Shown one piece after another: positions 34,077 through 43,195 of a DNA stretch of 64,000 nt. Within the stretch, counting starts at the first letter, position 1. The number at the start of each line of letters is the position of its first letter. Origin of the DNA: a virus. The position numbers and the translations under genes were made by a program. The DNA is taken from the IMG/VR virus record IMGVR_UViG_3300045988_167582, one strand, 5' to 3'. The notes beneath the pieces were generated by a model. That model was not told the origin of the DNA. It worked only from the letters and a program-made list of their open reading frames with translations, and made no database searches.

Positions 34077-34361
34077 ATGGAGAAAGATAACAAAAGGATT
34101 GTCATAAACTTATCCAATGGCTTTAGGTTGGTAGCGGAGCAGAGCCAAGACCCAGAGTTTCGGAATGAGATTTATGTCGGGATTGAAACTGATGACGGCG
34201 TATATTATCAAGATTTGGCTGTAATAAGAAATGCGTATTCAATCAACGAAAATCTCCGGGTTGTCTGGAACCCAGATATATTGGAAGTCCTCGTTTATGC
34301 AGATAAAAACGATGAGGATTACACAAATAAGTATTCCGTTGGTATCAGGGAAGACACTTAA
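34077..34361 (+). CDS. hypothetical protein (94 aa)
   Basis: gaggaggt RBS. Confidence 0.55.
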   Translation: MEKDNKRIVINLSNGFRLVAEQSQDPEFRNEIYVGIETDDGVYYQDLAVIRNAYSINENLRVVWNPDILEVLVYADKNDEDYTNKYSVGIREDT

Positions 34362-34424
34362 ATAATTATGAGAGGTATTAAGGCGAGAAACCCAAGAGTG
34401 TATTGAAGAAACGAGGTATTGAAG

Positions 34425-34841
34425 ATGAGTGTATCTTATTGGATGTGTCAGGGTGTAGGTATCCGCACAAATAAATTATTACCATTTTTAAGCACATATA
34501 AATGTGTTCAGTTTATGAAAACACAGTTACCGGATGAAGATATTCAGGAAGACAAGTTTGATATTGATGACTATCTTTATGGCGAGCCTTTTGATAATCT
34601 TGCCGAGATGTTTACTGTTTGCGATAATACAGACTCATTAACATATGGCGATAATGGTGACGGCGAGTACTACTTTTATTATATGCCTACCTATCCGTGG
34701 GAGCGAACAGATAACGAACCGACAAGTATTGAGGAAGTACATAAACGTATTATTGATGCCGTTCTCTGTTTATGCGATATAACTGAAGAACAGGTTAACG
34801 CATTGATTGATGACGATATTTATGATTTGGGGTGTGGCTAA
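34425..34841 (+). CDS. hypothetical acidic protein (138 aa)
   Basis: ATG at 34425 inside ORF 34419..34841. Confidence 0.55.
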   Translation: MSVSYWMCQGVGIRTNKLLPFLSTYKCVQFMKTQLPDEDIQEDKFDIDDYLYGEPFDNLAEMFTVCDNTDSLTYGDNGDGEYYFYYMPTYPWERTDNEPTSIEEVHKRIIDAVLCLCDITEEQVNALIDDDIYDLGCG

Positions 34842-34845
34842 CAAT

Positions 34846-35130
34846 ATGATTACAAATGTAGCTGACGCGTTAGCTCCCTTTTTCTCCGGCGACAAACAGT
34901 TGGACGAGGCAATTGCAGATGTTTGCAAATTGTTTCTCAAAACGTTTGAGGACGAAACCTTTATGTGTAAAGGATGTGGGAAAATCATATTTCCGAAAGT
35001 TACAGTGAATGAGCACGGAATTTTTATTGAAAGCGGTCGTGCTGAGATTAGAGGCGGCAAAGAAAATTACTGCATCGAAAGAGATATATGTGAAGAATGT
35101 GTCAAGAGAGTAAGTGTAATTAGGTGGTGA
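34846..35130 (+). CDS. hypothetical zinc-ribbon protein (94 aa)
   Basis: CKGCG ... CEEC pairs; ATG at 34846. Confidence 0.5.
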   Translation: MITNVADALAPFFSGDKQLDEAIADVCKLFLKTFEDETFMCKGCGKIIFPKVTVNEHGIFIESGRAEIRGGKENYCIERDICEECVKRVSVIRW

Positions 35131-35195
35131 CATATATGGTCAGTGAAAAGGACTTTATGATTTTTGTAGTTATGGGAACATAAAAGGAGAAAGAA

Positions 35196-35753
35196 ATGAG
35201 ACGAATTAAAACTATAAAAGTAAAGATAGCTACGAAGCCAAATATACATATTGGAGACCACTTTGTTTATAAAGATATTGAATGGATATGTTTAGACATC
35301 ATTAACGGCAACTGCCTTGCAATCACTGCAAAAGTATGGAAGGAACTTCCGTTTAATGTTGGTAACCACAACAACTGGGAGAAGTCATCCTTACGTACAA
35401 TGTTGAATTATATGTTTCTTGACAATCTTTATAAAGGACACCTTGTAATGCAGACATCTGACATGATAGCAGATAACGGAGACAAACAGTACGGCTCTTG
35501 TGAAGATTATGTAACGATACTGTCTTGCGACCAGTATCGTAAATATAGAGACCTTGTGCCGAACTACCCTGAATGTATGTGGACATTAACTCCGTGGAGC
35601 TGTTTCAGCGGCACCGGTTATGTTCGCTTTGTCCGTCCGACGGGTAACATTGATGACGGCAGTGCTTGCCTCTGTTACGGAGTCGCCCCTGTGGTTTTGT
35701 TTTCGTTTGAAATACTTAAGTCACTTAGGTGTTTAAAAAACCAAATCAATTAG
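35196..35753 (+). CDS. hypothetical protein, paralog of the C-terminal half of 12239..12982
   Basis: aaaggag RBS; WEKSSLRTMLN ... WTLTPWS ... GVAPVVLF. Confidence 0.65.
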   Translation: MRRIKTIKVKIATKPNIHIGDHFVYKDIEWICLDIINGNCLAITAKVWKELPFNVGNHNNWEKSSLRTMLNYMFLDNLYKGHLVMQTSDMIADNGDKQYGSCEDYVTILSCDQYRKYRDLVPNYPECMWTLTPWSCFSGTGYVRFVRPTGNIDDGSACLCYGVAPVVLFSFEILKSLRCLKNQIN

Positions 35754-35912
35754 GAAAGTAGTTGCAGATGAAACATAAAGTAGAGTTAGTGCATAACTTA
35801 ATGTATAAAGGTTGTGAGCCACATTGGCATTGTACACAGTGTGATATTTACATACCAATTCATTGCTATAGTAAAAAAGAAATAGAAAATATGAATTGTG
35901 AGGGGAATAGGA

Positions 35913-36203
35913 ATGACAAATGAGAAGCTTACAGATGAAGAAGTGCTAAAAGGCTTGAATGAATTAAGTCAATGTGCAGGCTTAAAGATACACGTAATAC
36001 AAATACTTAAGGGAGCAATTGACCTTCTCAATTGTCAAAAGGCAAAGATTATAAAATTAGAATATTACAATGAAGATTTGCTTGCTGAAGTCAGAAAATT
36101 GAAGGGTTCTACAATAGTTAGTAACATTGTAGAACATCAGAGAATTAAAAGCGAAACAGAAGCTGAAGCATACAAAGAACTTATAGACATATTGTTGAAG
36201 TAG
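35913..36203 (+). CDS. hypothetical coiled-coil protein, paralog of 36603..36908
   Basis: KLTDEEVLKGLNELSQCAGLKIHVIQILKGAIDLL compared with KLTDEKVIKGLNELSQYTGLKIQIAQTLKEAIDLI. Confidence 0.55.
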   Translation: MTNEKLTDEEVLKGLNELSQCAGLKIHVIQILKGAIDLLNCQKAKIIKLEYYNEDLLAEVRKLKGSTIVSNIVEHQRIKSETEAEAYKELIDILLK

Positions 36204-36433
36204 CATAAAAGGAGAATAAACAAAATGGAAGAGTATATTAGAGAAATTAAACAAATTGCAACTAAATACACAGAAAATCGATATGATGGATATTCACAGA
36301 TTATGAGAGTCTGTGATGCTATGAGAGAACAACAGAAATACTGTTTAGGGTATATGTCTAAAGATGAAATAACATCACCTCAGTTTGATTAGACTTAAAA
36401 TAAATTTCTTGATAAAACTGGAGGTAATTAAGA

Positions 36434-36625
36434 ATGACAAACTATGAACAAATTAAGAATATGAGTATTGAAGAAATGTCAGACTATTTTAACGAAATAT
36501 TTGATTGTCGTAATTGTCCAAATGATAGGTTTTTATGTGAAGGTAACGGCTATGTATGCACAAAGTATATTAAGCAATGGCTTGAAAGTGAGGCTAAACA
36601 AAATGCCGAAAGTAATAAAAAATAA
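36434..36625 (+). CDS. hypothetical small Cys-containing protein (63 aa)
   Basis: ggaggt RBS; CRNC ... C ... C. Confidence 0.5.
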   Translation: MTNYEQIKNMSIEEMSDYFNEIFDCRNCPNDRFLCEGNGYVCTKYIKQWLESEAKQNAESNKK

Positions 36626-36908
36626 AAAGCTTACAGATGAAAAAGTAATAAAAGGCTTGAATGAATTAAGTCAATACACAGGTTTGAAAATACAAATAGC
36701 ACAAACGCTTAAAGAAGCTATCGACCTTATCAAACGCCAAAAGTCGGAAATTGAGAGGTTGAAATCAGCTAACGATGAAAAATTTCGCCAATGGGATATG
36801 CTTGCAGAAAAGACAAAACAGCATTATGCTGATTTATACAACGAAGCAAAGGATATACTTAAAGCCGAAGCATACAAAGAGTTTGCAGAGGAGTTAAAAA
36901 CATATTAA
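36603..36908 (+). CDS. hypothetical coiled-coil protein, paralog of 35913..36203
   Basis: In-frame ATG 36603 within ORF 36468..36908; similar to its paralog at both protein and DNA level. Confidence 0.55.
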   Translation: MPKVIKNKKLTDEKVIKGLNELSQYTGLKIQIAQTLKEAIDLIKRQKSEIERLKSANDEKFRQWDMLAEKTKQHYADLYNEAKDILKAEAYKEFAEELKTY

Positions 36909-37231
36909 GAAACATTCCAAAATGGAATGTTAAAAAATTAAACTTTAATAATGTCGGCTTTTCCTATGATGATGTGTTTTTTAGTATCGACAATCTCTTA
37001 AAAGAAATGTTAGGTGAAGAGTGATGAATGAAGGAAAATTAAAGTTTGGTATTGATATTACAAAAAATGATAGAGGAATTTGGTCTTTTGGTGTTTGTTT
37101 ATCACACTACGAAGATGAAACTTATATCTTTGTTAATTTTCATAGATATTCAATAACAATTGGTAAGTTTTATAAGTAAAGAAGTGACAACAATACGGAA
37201 TGAGAATTGAGGAATAAAGGAGAAAAATCTA

Positions 37232-37462
37232 ATGAAAAAGACAATGCTGAAAACAATCAGTAAGGGGGTCGCACAATGGTGTTCATATTATCGAGCCAAT
37301 CCTCATCGTTTCGCAAAGGACTATCTACATCTTAACTTACACTTGTTCCAAAAAATTCTTATTGTAATGATGAACTGGTCTACGACTACTGCATTCAGAG
37401 GTATGACAATGTTCATTTGGCTCACATGTCCGACTATCGGACAGGTACTTGTATGGCTTTAA
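37232..37462 (+). pseudogene. N-terminal fragment of a terminase large subunit-like gene
   Basis: WCSYYRANPHRFAKDYLHLNLHLFQKILIVMM resembles the conserved N-terminus of TerL proteins. The ORF ends after 76 aa, before any Walker A motif. Confidence 0.45.
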
Positions 37463-37475
37463 CAGAGGTGCCCTT

Positions 37476-38498
37476 ATGACAATCGAAGAAATTAAGAACA
37501 TGGTTGAAAAAGAGAAATATGATTTTCTACGAACCAACCCGCATTTATCAGGAAGGTTGGTCTTCCTGACACTTGGCGGAAGTTACGCATACGGAACGAA
37601 CGTAGAAACCTCCGATGTAGATATTCGTGGCTGTGCTCTGAATCGCAAGAGCGATTTGCTTGGGTTATCTAATTTTGAACAGGTGGTTAATACCGAAACG
37701 GATACCACCGTTTATAGTTTTAATAAGTTGGTAAACTTACTGATTAACTGCAACCCGAATACAATTGAGCTCCTTGGATGTAAACCTGAACACTATTTCC
37801 TGCTTACCGATGTTGGCAGACAGATGATTGAAAATAGGGGGCTTTTCTTATCACAGAAGGCAGTTGCGTCTTTTGGCGGTTATGCTACGCAGCAGTTGCG
37901 TAGGCTCCAAAATACTCTCGCCAGAGATAGGGTTTCTCAAGCCCAGACGGAAGAACATATCAAAGGGGCGTTGGAACGTTCCATTAAATCCTTTGAGAAC
38001 AAGTTTACCTCGTTTGAAAATGGTGGAATTAAACTCTTGACCGACAAAAGCCAGCGTGACGACCTTGATTTGGAGGTTTACTGCAACATTCATATTGATA
38101 AATACCCGGCGAGGGAGTTTCAAACATTGCTTAACACACTTTCCTCTGTTATCGGGAACTACGAAAAGTTGAATCATAGAAATCATAAGAAAGACGATGC
38201 ACACCTTAATAAACACGCTATGCATCTTATCAGGTTGTACCTCATGTGCTTAGATATTCTCGAGAAACAAGAAATCTGTACCTATCGTGAAAATGATAGA
38301 GACTTTTTGCTGAGTATCAGAAATGGTGCGTTTCAGAATGAGGATGGAACATACAAACAGGAATTCTTTGAATTGGTTTCTGATTATGAAGCCCGTCTTC
38401 GGTATGCGAAAGAGAATACCAGTCTCCCAGAAAAGCCCAACATGAAACGAATCGAGGAATTTGTGGTGAGTGTAAATGAGAAATCAGTCAATCTCTAA
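37476..38498 (+). CDS. Pol-beta-fold nucleotidyltransferase (RlaP-like RNA-repair-associated family)
   Basis: TLGGSYAYGTNVETSDVDIRG is the GS...DxD minimal nucleotidyltransferase signature. Confidence 0.7.
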   Translation: MTIEEIKNMVEKEKYDFLRTNPHLSGRLVFLTLGGSYAYGTNVETSDVDIRGCALNRKSDLLGLSNFEQVVNTETDTTVYSFNKLVNLLINCNPNTIELLGCKPEHYFLLTDVGRQMIENRGLFLSQKAVASFGGYATQQLRRLQNTLARDRVSQAQTEEHIKGALERSIKSFENKFTSFENGGIKLLTDKSQRDDLDLEVYCNIHIDKYPAREFQTLLNTLSSVIGNYEKLNHRNHKKDDAHLNKHAMHLIRLYLMCLDILEKQEICTYRENDRDFLLSIRNGAFQNEDGTYKQEFFELVSDYEARLRYAKENTSLPEKPNMKRIEEFVVSVNEKSVNL

Positions 38499-39840
38499 AA
38501 TCAATATGCCGGTCGGCGCCAAGAGAATCATTGAGAACCTGACAAAACATGGTTTTGAAGCGTATGTGGTCGGAGGGTGTGTTAGAGATAGTTTGCTCGG
38601 CTATTCTCCAAAGGACTGGGATATTTGCACCTCTGCAACTCCTGAAGTTATCAAAGAACTGCATAACCGCACGATTGATACTGGACTAAAGCATGGGACA
38701 GTAAGTGTAGTCGAAAGCGACGGGATTTACGAGGTTACAACATTCAGAGTGGATGGGGTGTACAGCGATAATCGAAGACCGGATACGGTTGAATTTGTGA
38801 CAGACCTGAAAATGGATTTATCCAGACGGGATTTCACCATCAATGCGATGGCATATAACGATGAAGCTGGAATAATCGACTATTACGGCGGGCTTTCGGA
38901 TTTGGCAGAGCACAAAATAAAGTGTGTCGGCAGCGCCGGTGACAGATTTGATGAGGACGCGCTGCGAATTTTACGGGCAATTCGTTTTTCGTCTGTATAT
39001 GGTTTCTCAGTCGAGCACGATACATCAAAAGCCATTCACGATAAGGCGGCGCTTCTCCAGAACATTGCGAGTGAACGAATCCGGAGTGAGCTGTGTAAAA
39101 CAATTGTATTCGGGCAGAGAACAGCGGATGTTCTCTTGGAATATTCCGATGTGGTGTCAATAATAATCCCGGAGATTGAACCCTGTATCGGATTTGTTCA
39201 GAACAACAGATTCCACAAGTACGATGTGTATGAACACATGGTACGAGCGATGGAGGCATACGCAGGTCATGACTTGTCGGTAAAATTTGCTCTGCTTATC
39301 CATGACATCGGAAAGCCGCTGTGCTATACCGAGGATGAAAACGGAGGTCATTTTTATGGTCACTCCGTCCCGTCGCACGATATTGCAGAACAAGTGGTAG
39401 ACAGGTTGAAATTCGATAACAAAACTAAAGATGAGGTTCTTGAACTGGTTTTATATCATGATTCCGCGATAGAGCCTACTGCCAAGACCGTGAAGCGGTG
39501 GCTCAACAGAATTGGAGCAGAAAGACTCTCTCAGCTCTTGGATGTCAAAATGGCTGATATCGCAGCCCACGCAGATAATACACAGACGGAAAGAATCAAT
39601 CAATATCTATCTGTGAGGGAAATTGCTAAAGAGGTTATTGCATCAGAACAATGTTTCCAGCTCAAGGATTTGGAGATTAACGGGCGAGATGTCATGTCTC
39701 TCGGTGTGGAGGAAGGCAGACAGGTCGGCAGAATTCTGAATTATTTGCTCGAAGGCGTAATTGCCGGTGATATTGATAACACATACGGAGCGCTGCTTAA
39801 ATATGCTCGTGAGATAATTGAAAAGGAAGTGACGAAATGA
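38476..39840 (+). CDS. cca: CCA-adding tRNA nucleotidyltransferase with an HD domain
   Basis: AYVVGGCVRDSLLG..KDWDI, RRDFTINAMA, LLIHDIGKP. Confidence 0.85.
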   Translation: MRNQSISKINMPVGAKRIIENLTKHGFEAYVVGGCVRDSLLGYSPKDWDICTSATPEVIKELHNRTIDTGLKHGTVSVVESDGIYEVTTFRVDGVYSDNRRPDTVEFVTDLKMDLSRRDFTINAMAYNDEAGIIDYYGGLSDLAEHKIKCVGSAGDRFDEDALRILRAIRFSSVYGFSVEHDTSKAIHDKAALLQNIASERIRSELCKTIVFGQRTADVLLEYSDVVSIIIPEIEPCIGFVQNNRFHKYDVYEHMVRAMEAYAGHDLSVKFALLIHDIGKPLCYTEDENGGHFYGHSVPSHDIAEQVVDRLKFDNKTKDEVLELVLYHDSAIEPTAKTVKRWLNRIGAERLSQLLDVKMADIAAHADNTQTERINQYLSVREIAKEVIASEQCFQLKDLEINGRDVMSLGVEEGRQVGRILNYLLEGVIAGDIDNTYGALLKYAREIIEKEVTK

Positions 39841-40400
39841 AATTTTACATTTCAGATACCCATTTTGGTCATCAGAACATCATTCGATATGATAATCGCC
39901 CGTTTAGTACGGCAGATGAAATGGACGAGGTTCTCATTGACCGATGGAATGATGTAGTGTCTGACGAGGATACGGTGTATGTGCTTGGTGATTTTAGCTG
40001 GCATAGAGAAGAGAAAACACTCAAAATCCTCGATAGTCTTTCAGGACACAAGGTTCTGATTAAGGGAAATCACGATAGGGTTTCGCCCAAAATTGCGAGG
40101 AGATTTGATAAGGTTTGCGACTACCTTGAGATTACGGACGGGAAAGAAAGAGTTGTGATGAGCCATTACCCGATGCCGTTTTGGAACGGGCAGTTTAGGA
40201 ACACGGTTCATCTATATGGTCATGTGCATAACTCACATCAGTGGAATGTTTGCGAGAGTTTGCGAAAAGAACTCAAGGCACTGCAGGATATTCCAATGAG
40301 AATGGTTAATGTCGGTTGCATGATGGAATGGATGGACTATACACCTCAGCCTCTCCATGTTTTAACCGATTCTTTAGGGCAGGAGGGTGAGGCGCTATGA
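39837..40400 (+). CDS. metallophosphoesterase
   Basis: ISDTHFGH, VLGDFSW, KGNHD, YGHVH; 4-nt overlap with cca. Confidence 0.8.
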   Translation: MKFYISDTHFGHQNIIRYDNRPFSTADEMDEVLIDRWNDVVSDEDTVYVLGDFSWHREEKTLKILDSLSGHKVLIKGNHDRVSPKIARRFDKVCDYLEITDGKERVVMSHYPMPFWNGQFRNTVHLYGHVHNSHQWNVCESLRKELKALQDIPMRMVNVGCMMEWMDYTPQPLHVLTDSLGQEGEAL

Positions 40401-40588
40401 GCAAAATCAACACGAACAAGGAAGTTGAAAAAGCAATTCTAAACGCTGCGGATATCCTGAAAAATAATGCCCTTGCATTAACACATGATATCGATTTGCA
40501 GAAGGTGTCTGGAATCAGTATTTGGATTCGGTTTGACGCCGATAGTATTCCTACGCTTGAAATTGAAAAGGATTACTTTTTGTATTGA
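40397..40588 (+). CDS. hypothetical protein (63 aa)
   Basis: Start overlaps the upstream stop. Confidence 0.5.
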   Translation: MSKINTNKEVEKAILNAADILKNNALALTHDIDLQKVSGISIWIRFDADSIPTLEIEKDYFLY

Positions 40589-40690
40589 TGTTGAAAAACC
40601 AGAAGCATTGTATTTGGTTGAGAGGCAATCAGATACAGTGCAATTGATGAGGCACTATAGTGTTACATCCTATAAGGGGGTTAGAATACT

Positions 40691-41899
40691 GTGATTTATC
40701 TTGATAATGCTGCAACAACTCAGATTACTCCTGCTGTGGTGGCAGCGATGTTGCCATACTTAACGGATAGCTACGGGAACGCAGGGTCTTTATACAAACT
40801 TGGACGAGATTCTGCTCTCGCTATAGAAAAAGCACGAGCGCAGGTTGCCGGTCTGATGGGTGCAAAGCCGGAACAGATTATTTTCACCTCCGGCGGAAGT
40901 GAGTCAAACAGCTTGGTATTTCATGGACTACGGGATTATCTGCCAAGAATCGGGAAGAAAACGGTGGTGGTTTCTGCTACCGAACATGACTCAGTTCTGA
41001 AGGCAGCAAATGCTCTTCGTATTCCGTTGTGTCGCAACACGGAAATGAATATAAAAGACGACTTTGATATTCGTTTTTTACGTGTTGACCCGTATGGCGA
41101 AGTCGTGCTTGACGACCTTGAAGAAATGCTTGTTTCCTCAGATGTCGGGCTGGTTTCTGTGATGTATGTGAACAATGAAACGGGCGCAATCAATAATGTA
41201 AGAGAAATCGGACGCCTTTGCAAAGAACATGGCGTGCTTTTTCATACCGACTGCGTTCAAGCTGCTGGATGCCATAAAATCGATGTGCGAGAAATGAAGT
41301 GTGATTTCGCCTCAATCTCGTCTCACAAAATTCATGGTTGCAAGGGCGTGGGCGCCTTGTTTGTCAAAGACAAGAATATCCTGTCTCCGATTATCTATGG
41401 AGGCACCGAACAAGAATATGGGTTGCGCGGAGGGACAGAAAATGTTGCAGGAATAGTCGGTTTTGGCGTGGCTGCGGAGATTGCTGCCACGCGGCAAGCG
41501 GAGACCTTAAGCACCGTTACATACTATAAAAAACGATTCTTCCAAAAGGTTTCCGATACACTCCGGAATAATCAAATGCGAGATATTCTAAAAGTCAACG
41601 GGCATTTGTCAAATGCCGGGAAGACACTGAATATCCGGTTTGACGATGTTGACGGTGAGACATTGGTTCTTATGTTGGATTCAAAGGGAATCTGCATTTC
41701 ATCCGGTTCTGCTTGCAGGAGCCACGAATCAGAACCAAGTCATGTCCTAAGAGCAATGGGATTAGAACCGGATGAGGCGAGAGACTCTGTACGAATCTCG
41801 TTTTCAGATTTTAACAGCATCTCTGAAATCGATAACGCTGCAGAAACCATAGCAGAGGTAGTAGTTTTCCTGCGGAAAGGCTTACAAAATGGAAATTAA
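40691..41899 (+). CDS. cysteine desulfurase (NifS/IscS class V aminotransferase)
   Basis: GTG start; IYLDNAATT, SISSHKIHG (PLP lysine), SSGSACRS (catalytic Cys loop). Confidence 0.9.
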   Translation: MIYLDNAATTQITPAVVAAMLPYLTDSYGNAGSLYKLGRDSALAIEKARAQVAGLMGAKPEQIIFTSGGSESNSLVFHGLRDYLPRIGKKTVVVSATEHDSVLKAANALRIPLCRNTEMNIKDDFDIRFLRVDPYGEVVLDDLEEMLVSSDVGLVSVMYVNNETGAINNVREIGRLCKEHGVLFHTDCVQAAGCHKIDVREMKCDFASISSHKIHGCKGVGALFVKDKNILSPIIYGGTEQEYGLRGGTENVAGIVGFGVAAEIAATRQAETLSTVTYYKKRFFQKVSDTLRNNQMRDILKVNGHLSNAGKTLNIRFDDVDGETLVLMLDSKGICISSGSACRSHESEPSHVLRAMGLEPDEARDSVRISFSDFNSISEIDNAAETIAEVVVFLRKGLQNGN

Positions 41900-42101
41900 G
41901 TATCCAAAAGGCGAAATGGTATGGGTATCGTACTTCAATTCGCAAAAAGAAACGGTTTGCATATTGACAAGCAAACCGTCACGAGATTTCTACTACTTAT
42001 ATGAGGTTCTTTCGTCAGGAGAAGCGAAAAGGCTTGGAAAAGCTCGTTCTCCTACAGAACTTGAGGAAAAGTTTGATGTAAAGGCGCGGATGAGCCACTA
42101 A
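41889..42101 (+). CDS. hypothetical protein (70 aa)
   Basis: Start overlaps the desulfurase stop. Confidence 0.5.
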   Translation: MEIKYPKGEMVWVSYFNSQKETVCILTSKPSRDFYYLYEVLSSGEAKRLGKARSPTELEEKFDVKARMSH

Positions 42102-42106
42102 TCATC

Positions 42107-42135
42107 TTGAAAATTTCGTAAAAATATGATATAAT
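42107..42135 (+). promoter_or_regulatory. sigma-A/sigma-70 type promoter
   Basis: TTGAAA, 17 nt spacer, TATAAT, with TGa at the extended -10 position; about 30 nt upstream of the 42164 start. Confidence 0.7.
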
Positions 42136-42163
42136 AAAATGTCAAGAAGGGTGTATGTGAAGC

Positions 42164-42568
42164 ATGAGTAAAAACGAAGATTACGGTTTTGATACAGAAT
42201 TTATGACCGATGAAGAGGTTGAACAGATGCTCGACTCTATCGTCACATCCGTTGGCGATGTGGCTTCTGACGATAATAGCAGGACTTCGGTTGTGAATGT
42301 ATATAAAATGCAGCAAGTGTTGTATGTATATAAAGTCATGAAATATCTGGCAAAAGGGCAAAAAGGCGTAAAGGTTGACTGCAAGCTTCATACTCCGTAT
42401 AACAGCATGGGGTATGTGAGTGTGGTTGGGAAGAAACTTGTTTTTCGCAAACCGGAATGGTTTATGAAAGCGGTCGAATTATCGAATAATTTCGAGGTGT
42501 ATCCTAAAACAAACGGAACCGTCCAGATGAATTTCACGTTTCATGGGCTTACGACACCGATTGAATAA
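42164..42568 (+). CDS. hypothetical protein (134 aa)
   Basis: ORF downstream of the consensus promoter. Confidence 0.6.
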   Translation: MSKNEDYGFDTEFMTDEEVEQMLDSIVTSVGDVASDDNSRTSVVNVYKMQQVLYVYKVMKYLAKGQKGVKVDCKLHTPYNSMGYVSVVGKKLVFRKPEWFMKAVELSNNFEVYPKTNGTVQMNFTFHGLTTPIE

Positions 42569-42582
42569 AGGAGGATAATGCT

Positions 42583-42939
42583 ATGGGTAGTTTTGTAAAA
42601 TGTTTTGACACGGTTTCAATGGTCGTAGATGAGGCAACATCTCAGTTCGCACCGATTTGGAAAGAAAATAAAGAAAGCAAAAGAATTTTAGCTCAGTATT
42701 GTGGGGTTATTGATTCTTTGTCAAATGAGTTCGGCGGAGAATCGTTCGAGGTTGATGTAGATGATGTTAAGATGACTATCACTATCAGATTAGAGTGTCA
42801 GGATATGACGCTGGAATCTCAAAAGCATAAGTACTATGACATTGCACAGAGAGCGTTGTCTTTTGGATTTTCGGTATCAGAGTCAGGGAATTTAGTCGTC
42901 GAATTTGTGTTCCCGAGTATTTGGGAAAGAGCTGTTTGA
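42583..42939 (+). CDS. hypothetical protein (118 aa)
   Basis: aaggagg RBS. Confidence 0.6.
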   Translation: MGSFVKCFDTVSMVVDEATSQFAPIWKENKESKRILAQYCGVIDSLSNEFGGESFEVDVDDVKMTITIRLECQDMTLESQKHKYYDIAQRALSFGFSVSESGNLVVEFVFPSIWERAV

Positions 42940-42952
42940 TTGGAGGAATCCA

Positions 42953-43183
42953 ATGAACAATAAACGACGCGATGTTCTTAAACGTGCTTTGAATTTACTC
43001 GAAAATGCGTCAGAACTCGTCAATCGGGTTCTTGATGAAGAACAGGACAGTCTTGATAACACACCGGAAAATTTGATGGAAAGCGACCAGTATCAAAAAA
43101 GAGAGACTGCCGTCGATAGACTTGAAGAGGCTATTGAACAGATAGAGGAAGCGAAGAATAGCGTAGAGGCAGCGGCAGAATAG
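42953..43183 (+). CDS. hypothetical helical protein (76 aa)
   Basis: ggagga RBS before ATG 42953. Confidence 0.55.
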   Translation: MNNKRRDVLKRALNLLENASELVNRVLDEEQDSLDNTPENLMESDQYQKRETAVDRLEEAIEQIEEAKNSVEAAAE

Positions 43184-43195
43184 GGGGAGGTTATT

